A DNA stretch of 64,000 nucleotides, taken from NCBI GenBank assembly GCA_028872915.1, contig JAGWNY010000008.1:2165-66164 (forward strand), given 5' to 3'. The DNA comes from Verrucomicrobiota bacterium. Lineage in GTDB: Bacteria > Verrucomicrobiota > Verrucomicrobiia > Limisphaerales > UBA11358. The notes beneath the pieces are model-generated. The model saw only the letters and a program-made list of their open reading frames with translations. It searched no databases and had not been told where the DNA came from. Position numbers and translations under genes: made by a program. Positions 43,076 to 52,724 of the stretch are shown here, piece by piece. How positions within the stretch are numbered: position 1 is the stretch's first letter; each line of letters starts with the position of its first letter.

Positions 43076-43960
43076 TCATTGTCCCGCGCCGCCTTTCCAG
43101 CGGCGATGCACCCAGAACCAATCGGCGGGGTCGCGGCGCACGGCGGTTTCGAAGACGCGGTTGATGTCGCGCATGATGGCTTCGACTTTCCTGGGGCGGC
43201 CGTTTTCGAACGTGGGGATTTCATCGCCGGCTTCGAGCCGCCATTGGGCGGAAGCGACGCGGAAGCAAAAACCCGTAAACAGCGGGCATTTGTAGCGCAA
43301 CGCCAGGATTGCCGGCGCCGCTGATGTCATGCAATCGTGGCCGAGAAAAGGGATACGAATGCCGCCACGCCCTTCGTGCTGGTCGGCGAAAAGGCCGAGC
43401 AGGACGCCCTTTTGGGACATGAAAGCGCGCAACGCGGCGCCCTCGCTGCGCCGTTCAAAGAAACGACAGCCGGTGTGGCTACGCAGCGATTGCAACAGGC
43501 GATTGATGGCAGGCTGGTTCAATGCGCGATAGGTGGTGGCGCATTTGAAAGAGGGGGCGAATTGCGCGTAGCGGGAGTAAAGTTCGAAGTTGCCGAAATG
43601 GCCGATGGCCATGATAAGACTCCGGGGCGCTGCTCCGGGCGGCGGCTCAATTTTATCGGCGCCAACAAATTCAACGTGTGGTTTGAGGGCCGCCGCATCC
43701 ATGGCGGCGGTCTTGACGGCGCAGCAGTAGGCCTCGCCGATGCGTTTGAAATTTTCCATTGCCAGGGCGCGGATTTCGGGGACTGATTTTTCGCCGCTGA
43801 AGCATAGGGACAGGTTTTGGAGAGCAACGCGCCGATGCCGGCCATCCAGGCCGAAAGCGGCGCAGCCGGCAAGCCGGCCCACCCGCGCCACCAGGCGCAA
43901 CGGCAGTGTCTGAATCAACACCACAAGGCCGCGCGCGGCGAAATAGAGAATCGTATCCAT
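43076..43960 (-). CDS. Lipid A biosynthesis (Kdo)2-lipid IVA acyltransferase family (LpxL/HtrB-like)
   Basis: Family pattern: N-terminal hydrophobic helix, MAIGHFGNFEL (H-box region) and LFADQHEGRGGIRIPFLG. It lies immediately downstream of lpxK. Confidence 0.75.
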   Translation of the reverse strand: MDTILYFAARGLVVLIQTLPLRLVARVGRLAGCAAFGLDGRHRRVALQNLSLCFSGEKSVPEIRALAMENFKRIGEAYCCAVKTAAMDAAALKPHVEFVGADKIEPPPGAAPRSLIMAIGHFGNFELYSRYAQFAPSFKCATTYRALNQPAINRLLQSLRSHTGCRFFERRSEGAALRAFMSQKGVLLGLFADQHEGRGGIRIPFLGHDCMTSAAPAILALRYKCPLFTGFCFRVASAQWRLEAGDEIPTFENGRPRKVEAIMRDINRVFETAVRRDPADWFWVHRRWKGGAGQ

Positions 43961-44021
43961 TGTACTAAGATAAATATAGAGCCGCGGAGACACAGCCGCC
44001 GCGGCGAAACGTTTTTCCCCT

Positions 44022-45194
44022 TCATTTGAAACAGATTTTTCGGACGCAGTCCTGAAAGTCATTGGCGCCGCTGACAATCTGGATTTCAACGCGCATGAAA
44101 AAGATCGGCAGGTCGCGCCGGTCAATTTTTGGAAAACGCACGGCGTCTTTCTGCGTGGTAATGATGGTTTGGGCCTGGCGCTTTTTGCCGCGGTTGATCA
44201 CGTTGATGACTTCCTGCTGCGAAAACCGGTGATGGTCGGCGAATCGCTTGGAATACACCAGTTCGGCGCCGAGGTTTCTGAGACTTTGCTCAAAGCTTTC
44301 AGGCTGGGCAATGCCGCTCAGTGAGGCGACTTTTTTTCCGCGCAAGAATTCCAGATCGAGCCGTTCGGCGGTAAAAACGTCCTCCAGATATAAAGGATGA
44401 TGGACGCATTCGATAATGGCCGCATCGGAATTGAAGCCGGCCAGGCGTTCACGCAAGGCAGCCGTTTTGCCGTCGCTTTTCGTGATGAAGATCGTCTGGG
44501 CGCGCGCCAGATGCGAAGCCGGTTCGCGCAACGTTCCGCGGGGCAGCAGATGCTCATTTCCAAATGGCTGCTGGCGGTCAACGAGCACCACGTCGTGCCG
44601 GCGCCCGCGCAGGTCCCAGTACTGGAAACCGTCGTCGAGCAACAACGTGTCGCAACCAAATTTTTCGATCGCGTAACGCCCGCTTTTCACGCGATCCTTG
44701 TCCACCAGCACCACGACGTCCTTGAGATTTGAGGCAAGCATGTACGGCTCGTCGCCGGCCATCTCCGAATCCAGCAGCAGCGATTTCCCATCGGAAACCA
44801 CGCGGGGCGGCGTCTGATCTTCCTGGAAAAAAATCGCGCTGAGAAACCACTGGTGAAAAGGCCGCGGTTTCGAGCGATAGCCGCGCGAGAGGATGGCCAC
44901 GTTGCGGCCCGCGTCGCGCAGTTCGCGGGCGAATTTCTCCACGACGGGTGTCTTGCCGGTGCCGCCGACCGTCAAATTCCCGATGGCGATCACCTGGACA
45001 CCCAGGGTTTTATCCCGCAGCAGGCGCACATTGTAAAGCCACCGGCGCAGCTTGACGCCCACTTGGAACACCTTCGAGCAGCCGAACAGCAAGCCGCGGG
45101 TAACCCTGGCCCGAAAATCGCCACGTTCCTCGAAAATGACTTCGAGGACGAATGTTTCCAGATTTTCTGCCCATTCGCGAAAGAGTTCCCGCAT
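44022..45194 (-). CDS. lpxK: Tetraacyldisaccharide 4'-kinase
   Basis: [24 protein letters not shown] and LLDDGFQ. Confidence 0.93.
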   Translation of the reverse strand: MRELFREWAENLETFVLEVIFEERGDFRARVTRGLLFGCSKVFQVGVKLRRWLYNVRLLRDKTLGVQVIAIGNLTVGGTGKTPVVEKFARELRDAGRNVAILSRGYRSKPRPFHQWFLSAIFFQEDQTPPRVVSDGKSLLLDSEMAGDEPYMLASNLKDVVVLVDKDRVKSGRYAIEKFGCDTLLLDDGFQYWDLRGRRHDVVLVDRQQPFGNEHLLPRGTLREPASHLARAQTIFITKSDGKTAALRERLAGFNSDAAIIECVHHPLYLEDVFTAERLDLEFLRGKKVASLSGIAQPESFEQSLRNLGAELVYSKRFADHHRFSQQEVINVINRGKKRQAQTIITTQKDAVRFPKIDRRDLPIFFMRVEIQIVSGANDFQDCVRKICFK

Positions 45195-45492
45195 TGCGAG
45201 ATTATGGCGGAAGGAGCCGGGACAGAAAAGACAAAGGAACGGCCGCGGCGCATTGCGGACGGCAGGCCGGCCTTAACGTTTTTCCTGATGGAACGTAAGT
45301 ATGAGGAAAAATAGCATTAGAACAAATGGCGCCGCAAATAGAAGAATATTCATAGCGTGGTTGGCCTGATCTGATTCCGCATGTTGTTGATATAGCATGA
45401 TTTGGGCCAAAACGCAAATCGGAGCGGGGGCGACCGCCGCGCGCCTTTGGACTTTTGCGCCTTGGTTTTTTCCGTATATTCCCCGGCGAAAG

Positions 45493-46293
45493 ATGAGTTT
45501 ACCCGCTGATTATCACATGCACTCCCCACTTTGCCGCCATGCAACCGGCGAACCGGAGGATTATGCCCGGCAGGCCGTCGCCGCGAGATTGACGGAAATT
45601 GGTTTCTCGGACCATGCCCCGATGCGCCAGGACAATTTTGACCAATGGCGCATGAATGCCGCCCAACTCGATGAATATGTGGAAAAGGTGCAAAAGGCGC
45701 GGGCGGCATTTCCGCGGCTTGTCATCCGGCTTGGCTTGGAAGTGGATTTCATGCCGGGCCAGGAAGCGTGGATCGCCGAATTGGCCGGCCGACATCCCTG
45801 GGATTACTTCATCGGTTCAGTCCATTATGTCTCGGATGACTGGGCCGTGGATGATCCGCAAAAGCTCTCCGAATGGAATAGTCGCGACCCGTTCGACGTA
45901 TGGCGGATTTATTTCACCCGGCTGACAATGGCGGCGGAATCGAAGTTGTTTGATATCATCGGCCATGCCGATTTGCCCAAGAAATTCGGGCATCGGCCCG
46001 CGCAGGATTGTCGCCCGTTGTATGCCAAATTTTTGGACGCCGCGGCGGCATCCGGCTGCGCCATCGAACTGAACACCGCGGGGTTGCGCAAGGATTGCAA
46101 GGAGATTTATCCGAACCGGACGCTCCTGGAAATGGCCTTTGAACGGAACGTGGCCATCACGTTCGGCTCCGATGCGCATGCGCCGGACGAGGTGGGAAAA
46201 AATTTTGACGAGGCCGTCGCGCTGGCGCGATCCGCGGGCTACCGCGTATGCCGGCGGATGGCGCGGCGCCAAAGCCGCCTGGTCGAATTTTAG
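45493..46293 (+). CDS. Histidinol-phosphatase HisJ-family PHP domain protein
   Basis: MSLPADYHMHSPLCRHA, GFSDHAPM, GSVHYV, GHADL and FGSDAH. Confidence 0.85.
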   Translation: MSLPADYHMHSPLCRHATGEPEDYARQAVAARLTEIGFSDHAPMRQDNFDQWRMNAAQLDEYVEKVQKARAAFPRLVIRLGLEVDFMPGQEAWIAELAGRHPWDYFIGSVHYVSDDWAVDDPQKLSEWNSRDPFDVWRIYFTRLTMAAESKLFDIIGHADLPKKFGHRPAQDCRPLYAKFLDAAAASGCAIELNTAGLRKDCKEIYPNRTLLEMAFERNVAITFGSDAHAPDEVGKNFDEAVALARSAGYRVCRRMARRQSRLVEF

Positions 46294-46910
46294 ACGCGGT
46301 TCGCCGCGTGAATCGTCTCCTTGATTTCCTTCAACAATTCCCCGAGCGATCCCACCGCCTTGAACTGCGGAAACTCCCGTTGCACGTTTTCCGGCGCGTG
46401 AATCAAAAACCCCGCGTTCGCTTCCATCAGCATCGCCGTGTCGTTGTAGGAATCCCCGGCCGAAATGACGTGATAATTCAATCCTTTGAGCGCGGCCACC
46501 GCCTTCCGTTTCTGGTCCGGCGTCCGTAACCGATAATCGGCTATCCGCCCATCCTTTATGACCAGCTTGTGGCACAACAACGTCGGCCAATTCAATTGCC
46601 GCATCAGCGGCCCCGCAAATTCCTCGAAGGTATCCGACAAAATGATCACTTGAACCAGCGGACGCAACTCATCCAGAAATTCCCTCGCGCCCTCCAGCGG
46701 TCGCAATGAACCAATCACCGCCTGAATGTCCGCCAGCTTCAATCCGTGCTGGTCCAGAATCCCAAGCCGCCCGCGCATGAGCTTGTCGTAATCCGGCTCG
46801 TCCCGTGTCGTCCGCCGCAATTCGGCGATGCCCGTCTTTTCAGCCACCGCAATCCAGATTTCCGGCGTCAGCACCCCCTCCATGTCCAATGTCACGATGG
46901 ACTGTTTCAT
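46290..46910 (-). CDS. thrH: Phosphoserine phosphatase / homoserine phosphotransferase ThrH
   Basis: IVTLDMEGVLTPEIWIAVAEKTGI...LRRTTRDEPDYDKLM...VISAGDSYNDTAML. Confidence 0.88.
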   Translation of the reverse strand: MKQSIVTLDMEGVLTPEIWIAVAEKTGIAELRRTTRDEPDYDKLMRGRLGILDQHGLKLADIQAVIGSLRPLEGAREFLDELRPLVQVIILSDTFEEFAGPLMRQLNWPTLLCHKLVIKDGRIADYRLRTPDQKRKAVAALKGLNYHVISAGDSYNDTAMLMEANAGFLIHAPENVQREFPQFKAVGSLGELLKEIKETIHAANRV

Positions 46911-47036
46911 CGCGGGAGTGTTTCAAAAGTCATTGCCGCTGTCCAGCCATGCGGGCACGGAAAACACGGAGCCTCGGTGGCAAAATCCCTCCCACTAACC
47001 ATGAATTGGCTTGGGATGGCAATTTAGGGTCAGTTT

Positions 47037-47381
47037 TTGGCAATCCAACGGCAGCAGCCCCGAAGCCGGGCAGGTAGATTCATCCCAAAAGCTGTGAATA
47101 CGGCCCGCCAAACTTCCGCCAACTGGATTCCCCTGCCGGATTTGCGTCCGCGAGTCTGCGGCATCGTGCGGAGCGTGGAATCGGATGACGAAGAGGCGCT
47201 CCGGTTGAAGGCGCTGGGCGTGTGCGCGGGCAGGCGGGTGGAGTTGGTGCGCCGAGGCGACCCGGTCATTCTGAAGGTCTTTGGCACCCGGCTGGGTTTA
47301 TCGGCGGCGCTGGCGTCGCGCGTGAAGGTTGAGATTTGCACGCCGGCGAATTGCCTGACGTTGAATGCGGAAAACCCATGA
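47037..47381 (+). CDS. feoA: Ferrous iron transport protein A (FeoA); start uncertain
   Basis: SH3-like FeoA core LPDLRPRVCGIVRSV...LKALGVCAGRRVELVRRGDPVILKV. The stop overlaps the feoB start. Confidence 0.8.
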   Translation: MAIQRQQPRSRAGRFIPKAVNTARQTSANWIPLPDLRPRVCGIVRSVESDDEEALRLKALGVCAGRRVELVRRGDPVILKVFGTRLGLSAALASRVKVEICTPANCLTLNAENP

Positions 47382-49453
47382 GCAATTGCTGCCATGACGA
47401 TGAGGTCACGGATGAGAGCGGGCGCCGTCCAGGCGCGGACGACGGCCGCGGCCGCATAACGATTGCTCCGCTGCGCAAGGCCATCACCATCGCGCTCATC
47501 GGCAACCCCAATGCAGGCAAGACCACGCTCTTCAACGCCCTGACGGGTTTGCGGGCGCGGACGGCGAATTTTCCGGGAACGACCATCGAACGAAAACTGG
47601 GGCGGCTGGTGATAGGGGAAGTGAACGTGATGCTCATGGATTTGCCCGGCCTTTACAGCCTGGACAGCGGCGCGCCGGAGGAAAAAGTGGCCGGCGACGC
47701 CTTGCGCGGGCGCCTGGCGGAGCAGCGCGCCCCTGACGCGGTGATGGTGGTCGTGGATGCCACCAACCTGGAGCGGAATCTATTTTTGGTCAGTCAGGTG
47801 TTGGAATTGAACAAGCCGGTCATTGTGGCATTGACCATGATGGACGTGGCCGCACGCGACGGTTTGCGGATTGACGTGGCCGCGTTGCGCAAGGAATTGG
47901 GCTGCGCCGTCACGGCCGTTTCAGGCCGGGATGGAACAGGAATTGAGGAACTGAAGGCGGAGATCGTCCGGCTCATCCCGAGTGGCCCGATGGCGGCGGG
48001 GCATCCGGCGCGGGCGTCCGCCTTTCCGGGCTGCGCGGGCTGTTCGGGGTGCGCTTTTCAGGCCCGTTATGAATGGACGGAAAAAATTTCCACCCGGGTG
48101 CTGGATGCGCGGGCGTCGCGGCGTCCGGTTTGGACGGACCGATTGGACCGGGTCTTTACCCATCCGGTGGGCGGTGTGATTGTATTTACGGCCGTCATGC
48201 TGTCGCTCTTTGCGCTGATTTTCTGGGTGGCGAAGATTCCGATGGATTTGATTGATCATTGGTTTGCCGCAATGGGCATTTGGGCGGGCGGCATGATTCC
48301 GCGGGGAGACCTTCAAAGCCTGATTGTGAACGGTGTGATCGGGGGCGTGGGCGGCATTTTGGTGTTTTTGCCGCAGATTTGCATTTTGTTTTTCGCCTTG
48401 TCGTTGCTCGAGGACACCGGATACCTCGCCCGCGCGGCGTTTGTCATGGACAAGGTCATGCGACGGTTTGGGCTGCCGGGCAAGGCGTTTGTGCCGCTGC
48501 TCTCGGCCCATGCGTGCGCCATTCCCGCGGTCATGGCCACGCGCGTCATTGCCAATCCGCGCGACCGCCTGGTAACGATATTAATCGCGCCCCTGATGAC
48601 GTGTTCGGCCCGCATTCCGGTTTACGCCATGGTCACGGCATTGATCTTTCCGGCGTCGCCCATCAAGGCGGCCCTGGTTTTTACGGGCGCGTACGCCACG
48701 GGCGTGGCCGCGGCGCTGGGCGCGGCCCTGGTTTTCCGGCGGACGATCCTGCCCGGAGGGAGCAAGCCTTTGATTATGGAATTGCCGCAATACCGCGTGC
48801 CGGGGTTGCGGACTGCCCTGCTGCACACCCTGGATCGGGCCAAAGTTTTCGTGAAACAGGCCGGGACCATCATTCTCCTGGTTTCCGTCACCCTCTGGGC
48901 GCTCTCCTATTATCCGAAATCGGCGGCGCCGCCGGCCGCGGCCGCTTTGAACGTGCGCGCAGCCGCAGCCGAACAGGCCGGCCGGATTCAACAGGCGGCG
49001 GACCTGAGGGCGCAAGCCGACCGCTTCACCCGGCAGTTCGCCCTGCAACATTCGTTTGCGGGCAAAATCGGACGTGTGATTGAGCCGGTAATCAAGCCGC
49101 TGGGTTATGACTGGCAGATTGGCATCGGCATCATCAGTTCATTTGCGGCCCGCGAGGTGATTGTTTCCACGCTGTCGGTGGTCTATGGCGTCGGCGGGAA
49201 TGGGGCGCACGGTTCACTTTACGCGACGTTGCGGAATGCCACGCGGTCGGATGGCACGCCCATCTTTGACGTAGCCACGTGCGCGAGCCTGCTCGTATTC
49301 TATATTCTCGCCGCGCAATGCCTTTCCACCACCGCCGTGATCCGCCGCGAAACCAATGGCTGGAAATGGCCGTTGTTTCAGATCGCCTACATGACGGGCC
49401 TGGCCTACGTGGCCGCGTTGATTGTCTATCAAACGCTGCGCCACCTGGCGTGA
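47378..49453 (+). CDS. feoB: Ferrous iron transporter FeoB
   Basis: IALIGNPNAGKTTLFNALTG, DLPG and a polytopic membrane domain with gate motifs. Confidence 0.96.
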   Translation: MSNCCHDDEVTDESGRRPGADDGRGRITIAPLRKAITIALIGNPNAGKTTLFNALTGLRARTANFPGTTIERKLGRLVIGEVNVMLMDLPGLYSLDSGAPEEKVAGDALRGRLAEQRAPDAVMVVVDATNLERNLFLVSQVLELNKPVIVALTMMDVAARDGLRIDVAALRKELGCAVTAVSGRDGTGIEELKAEIVRLIPSGPMAAGHPARASAFPGCAGCSGCAFQARYEWTEKISTRVLDARASRRPVWTDRLDRVFTHPVGGVIVFTAVMLSLFALIFWVAKIPMDLIDHWFAAMGIWAGGMIPRGDLQSLIVNGVIGGVGGILVFLPQICILFFALSLLEDTGYLARAAFVMDKVMRRFGLPGKAFVPLLSAHACAIPAVMATRVIANPRDRLVTILIAPLMTCSARIPVYAMVTALIFPASPIKAALVFTGAYATGVAAALGAALVFRRTILPGGSKPLIMELPQYRVPGLRTALLHTLDRAKVFVKQAGTIILLVSVTLWALSYYPKSAAPPAAAALNVRAAAAEQAGRIQQAADLRAQADRFTRQFALQHSFAGKIGRVIEPVIKPLGYDWQIGIGIISSFAAREVIVSTLSVVYGVGGNGAHGSLYATLRNATRSDGTPIFDVATCASLLVFYILAAQCLSTTAVIRRETNGWKWPLFQIAYMTGLAYVAALIVYQTLRHLA

Positions 49454-49547
49454 TCCCGGGTGGCTTTCAAAACCCTGCGAACCGCCCCCTCACTCGTCCT
49501 TCGCGGAAATCCGGCGAGAGAGTCTGGGTGAGGGGGTGCCCGGGATC
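49452..49547. repeat. Nested imperfect palindrome at the feoB / low-GC island junction
   Basis: GATCCCGGG (49452-49460) pairs with CCCGGGATC (49539-49547). CCCCCTCAC (49485-49493) pairs with GTGAGGGGG (49528-49536). There is an inner TCGCGGAAATCCGGCGA hairpin. Confidence 0.7.
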
Positions 49548-49644
49548 GTGTTTCCTAAAGAAAACAACTTTTTGGTTCCAAATCTGCGAAAGTCGGGTTA
49601 GGACCCGCCGCCGAACAGATGGGCGAGATTGTCCTTTATGACAC

Positions 49645-50805
49645 TCAAGCCCTTTTCCCTGCAAAAAGGTTGCCCAACGGTTTCGCGTCACCAAACACGT
49701 CCACCATCCAGTTTCCAGATGCCGGAATGATTTTTTTACGTGCCCGCACCTGTCCGAATGAAGCATTCACGTTTTTGATGTAGCGAACCGTTCGGTGGAT
49801 CATGCGATTCACGATTCCGGTTCTTCCTCGACTGGAGCGGTCATTAAAATCGGCGGTAATAAAAGAACATTTTGTTCTTCCCAAAATGCGTTGCGCATCC
49901 TTTTCGGTTGGCAGTTTGACTCTTCCCAAATTGAACGGTGCGAGCATGGCCACGGGTTCGCTGATTAACATTTCCGTCCAAACCGCCCCATACTCGCCCG
50001 TTTCAGAACCATGATGAGGAATTTTGAACAGTGAAGCTTTCCCGTCAGGGCGCTCTGAAGATTCCACAATCAATTTCCATCCCCCGAACGGATTGCCTTT
50101 TTGTTCCATATCGGCCCCAAGCAGCATCCGGATGTCTCCCACCCGCAACCACAACACGACCGAAAATAGATTCGGACGCTGCGGTATTGGCCGCGTAAGA
50201 ATCTCCCCGGCTGGAAACAGTGAAGCGATCATCTCCAAAGATTTTTTTATGGCAGCGTCCGACGGGGACAAAGAATGCAGTTCGGCGGAGGTGTCGTGGC
50301 TGGTGTCGCTCACAGCACGCCGACGCCAGAGGCATTGATTGTGGGCGGCAAAACCAAATGGATACTCGCCTTCGCCGCCTTTCAGGGCTTCCGCCGAACG
50401 CGCCAGCGTCTCGATAACCTGGCTCAATTCATTTACCGGCGATGATGGCAGCCCGGTTTTTTTCCAGAGGTCCGTGAGCGTAACAAATTCCTTTGACCAC
50501 AACGCCTGCGAACAAATGAACTTGGCCGACGAACAGGCTGAAACCGTTTGTGCCAAGCCGCGCACGTGATCCTGGTGCCAATGGGTCGCCACAACGCGCT
50601 TTACAGACGTGGAGGCATCCACCCCAAGCCGCTTTAGATAAGCCAACCCCGCGGGCGTTCGACCATCCGGTGCAATGCAGGAGTCCACAATGATCCAATC
50701 GCCCCACCCGACGTGCGCAACAATGCACTCGCCGAACCCCGGCCCAAAAAGGGAAATTTCCAGTTCGTCGCCGTCAGGCGGGATGGTTGGCTCGTTCGAG
50801 ATCAA
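49645..50805 (-). CDS. Stand-alone ComEC/Rec2-type metallo-beta-lactamase-fold hydrolase (predicted nuclease) with an extra ~120-aa C-terminal region
   Basis: LEISLFGPGFGECIVAHVG, ATHWHQDHVRGL (HxHxDH) and FKIPHHGSETG (the HHGS motif of the ComEC-like MBL clade). Confidence 0.75.
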   Translation of the reverse strand: MISNEPTIPPDGDELEISLFGPGFGECIVAHVGWGDWIIVDSCIAPDGRTPAGLAYLKRLGVDASTSVKRVVATHWHQDHVRGLAQTVSACSSAKFICSQALWSKEFVTLTDLWKKTGLPSSPVNELSQVIETLARSAEALKGGEGEYPFGFAAHNQCLWRRRAVSDTSHDTSAELHSLSPSDAAIKKSLEMIASLFPAGEILTRPIPQRPNLFSVVLWLRVGDIRMLLGADMEQKGNPFGGWKLIVESSERPDGKASLFKIPHHGSETGEYGAVWTEMLISEPVAMLAPFNLGRVKLPTEKDAQRILGRTKCSFITADFNDRSSRGRTGIVNRMIHRTVRYIKNVNASFGQVRARKKIIPASGNWMVDVFGDAKPLGNLFAGKRA

Positions 50806-51421
50806 GGAAAGAAAGGAAGATTGCCGCGGCCTCCTTGGTTCGCTCTATTTCGCCCCGTGACCACCCGGGCAATCTTTGAAAGCGAATCATGGAAAAACGG
50901 TAAACTTGTCCGTATTCTTCACGCCGGTAGCCCATCACCCAGTAAAACACGGCGCCTGGCTTCACCAAGTCTTGATCTCCGGGCATGACTTCAGCGAGGG
51001 GAATCTCGGCTTCCTCCTCGCAATTGGCATTGGTCTTGTCCACCAATCGCGCCACGAACGAATCACCTTGCACCGACCGGACTATGCCCTCAAACTTTTG
51101 AAGAACGTGGAATTCCTGAAGACTTGGCGGTATCACCGGTACCCAGACAACGGCTGGCTTCTCGGCTGATTCTGCGCGAAGCCGTTTCAAGTCCATCGTG
51201 TCACTGCAAAAGGGAAGCACGTTGCCCTCCGGCGATTTGAATCTCCGCAAGGCCTGTGGGTCGGACAAAAAACCCCGGTATTCCATACGCGAGCCGGTCA
51301 GATTGGCAAATTCTTCGTCCACCGACAGCGTAGCTTTGTCCCGGACAAGCCGCCGGCTAGACGACAAATCCGCCGCCACACCGTGTGATGATTCCAAAAC
51401 TGCTTCGCCACCCGATTTCAT
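50774..51421 (-). CDS. Hypothetical protein (middle gene of the low-GC three-gene operon)
   Basis: 215-aa ORF. Its start overlaps the upstream gene's stop (ATGA) and its end overlaps the MBL gene by 32 nt. I recognise no motif; the true start may be an internal Met. Confidence 0.55.
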   Translation of the reverse strand: MKSGGEAVLESSHGVAADLSSSRRLVRDKATLSVDEEFANLTGSRMEYRGFLSDPQALRRFKSPEGNVLPFCSDTMDLKRLRAESAEKPAVVWVPVIPPSLQEFHVLQKFEGIVRSVQGDSFVARLVDKTNANCEEEAEIPLAEVMPGDQDLVKPGAVFYWVMGYRREEYGQVYRFSMIRFQRLPGWSRGEIERTKEAAAIFLSFLDLERANHPA

Positions 51422-52074
51422 AACTTCATTAAAGTTTGCATGATGCGAACGGAGCGTTCAAGCGAGATTTGCCAGGACGCAGCGAGAATTTTCATCATCC
51501 GCTCGCACTCGTCCGCCTTCACCTCCGCGTCATTATCATAATGGTCGTTTACCTCAATATAGGCGCCAAACGGTTTGACGAGGACCGATGGCTCGACCAC
51601 CACGGAGATTCTGCCTTTGTAGTCGTCCGGCCTGACGCCTTGCATCTGAATGCGCTTCATGCCCGGCTTCTCCAGGAGACCAGCCCATGGTTCTTTGGGG
51701 GCCAGACGATGACCAAGCTGATGCCAAGCGTCTTCGCTTGCACTTCGGAAATGTGCAATACGGTTGATGCCCATTTGCTTGACCGGCGTGTGACAGAGCA
51801 AGCCAAACGTTCCGCGCACGAGATCGCGTAACGGTTCGAGATTCTGAATTTGGGAGGTGCGGGCGGCAAAACGGTCCTGCGTCACGTCCACCGTTAGCCA
51901 TCCGATGGAAAACATGGAAATATCGGGCGACACGATTTTTATGTCTGCCCGCTCGGCTTCAACCTGCTGAATCAATTTCTGGTGTGCAAACCAGACGGGA
52001 TGAAAAATGGCTGGATTGAACGAGCCAACCAGCACGATGATCACTTCTTCATGTTCTGGTTTCAGGTCGGACAC
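51418..52074 (-). CDS. Hypothetical protein (first gene of the low-GC three-gene operon)
   Basis: 218-aa ORF with a GTG start at 52074. I recognise no motif (VIIVLVGSFNPAIFHPVWF...). It is judged coding from length, coupling and lack of a competing ORF. Confidence 0.6.
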   Translation of the reverse strand: MSDLKPEHEEVIIVLVGSFNPAIFHPVWFAHQKLIQQVEAERADIKIVSPDISMFSIGWLTVDVTQDRFAARTSQIQNLEPLRDLVRGTFGLLCHTPVKQMGINRIAHFRSASEDAWHQLGHRLAPKEPWAGLLEKPGMKRIQMQGVRPDDYKGRISVVVEPSVLVKPFGAYIEVNDHYDNDAEVKADECERMMKILAASWQISLERSVRIMQTLMKL

Positions 52075-52524
52075 AGGATTAAGTTTTGCACATTAGCAGC
52101 AATCCGGCGGGCGAAATCAAGCGGTATTTTTTGATTACATCGCAATTTGAAAGCTGACGCTTGCTGAAATCCATCGGCAGCAACTGCGTTGGCGCAGCAG
52201 GTTCCGGATTTTTCCGCTGGTGATCAGGGGAAAGGCTAAAGCAAGGCAAGGGAGCCGTGTTGGAGTTGCGCGGCGGACTTTTCCTGTTTCATGCGTGGTG
52301 CCGAGGGATCGGTGGCTGAAGAACGCGGGTTGATTCGCGGTTTTGAACGCAGCGCCGGTCTGGTGGCTTTACGTTGGATTTGGTTTTCGATAAGCAGCGG
52401 AATTAATATAAGATGCTGATATTAACCATGTTACATATCATCCTTTTCCGGGTTGCGTTGGCGATTTGGCTCCTTTATCCTGTGGCGACCGTTTAGGCAT
52501 GAAGCTGGACGGCCAAAAATTTTT

Positions 52525-52707
52525 ATGGCGGAAGGATATTGCGTCAAGTGCAAGGCAAAAAAAGAAATTGCCAACGGCGTTGAGGAGACCATGAAAAACG
52601 GGCGCAAGGCCATCAAGGGCAAGTGCCCGACGTGTGGCACGGTCATGTTCAAAATACTTGGGAAGGCCGCGTCTTCGCCCACATCGCAGCCATCGTCCGG
52701 GGGTTGA
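52525..52707 (+). CDS. Small zinc-ribbon protein (DUF5679-like)
   Basis: MAEGYCVKCKAKKEI...GKCPTCGTVMFKILG has two CxxC pairs. Confidence 0.65.
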   Translation: MAEGYCVKCKAKKEIANGVEETMKNGRKAIKGKCPTCGTVMFKILGKAASSPTSQPSSGG

Positions 52708-52724
52708 AGGCTCCGGGCAAAATT

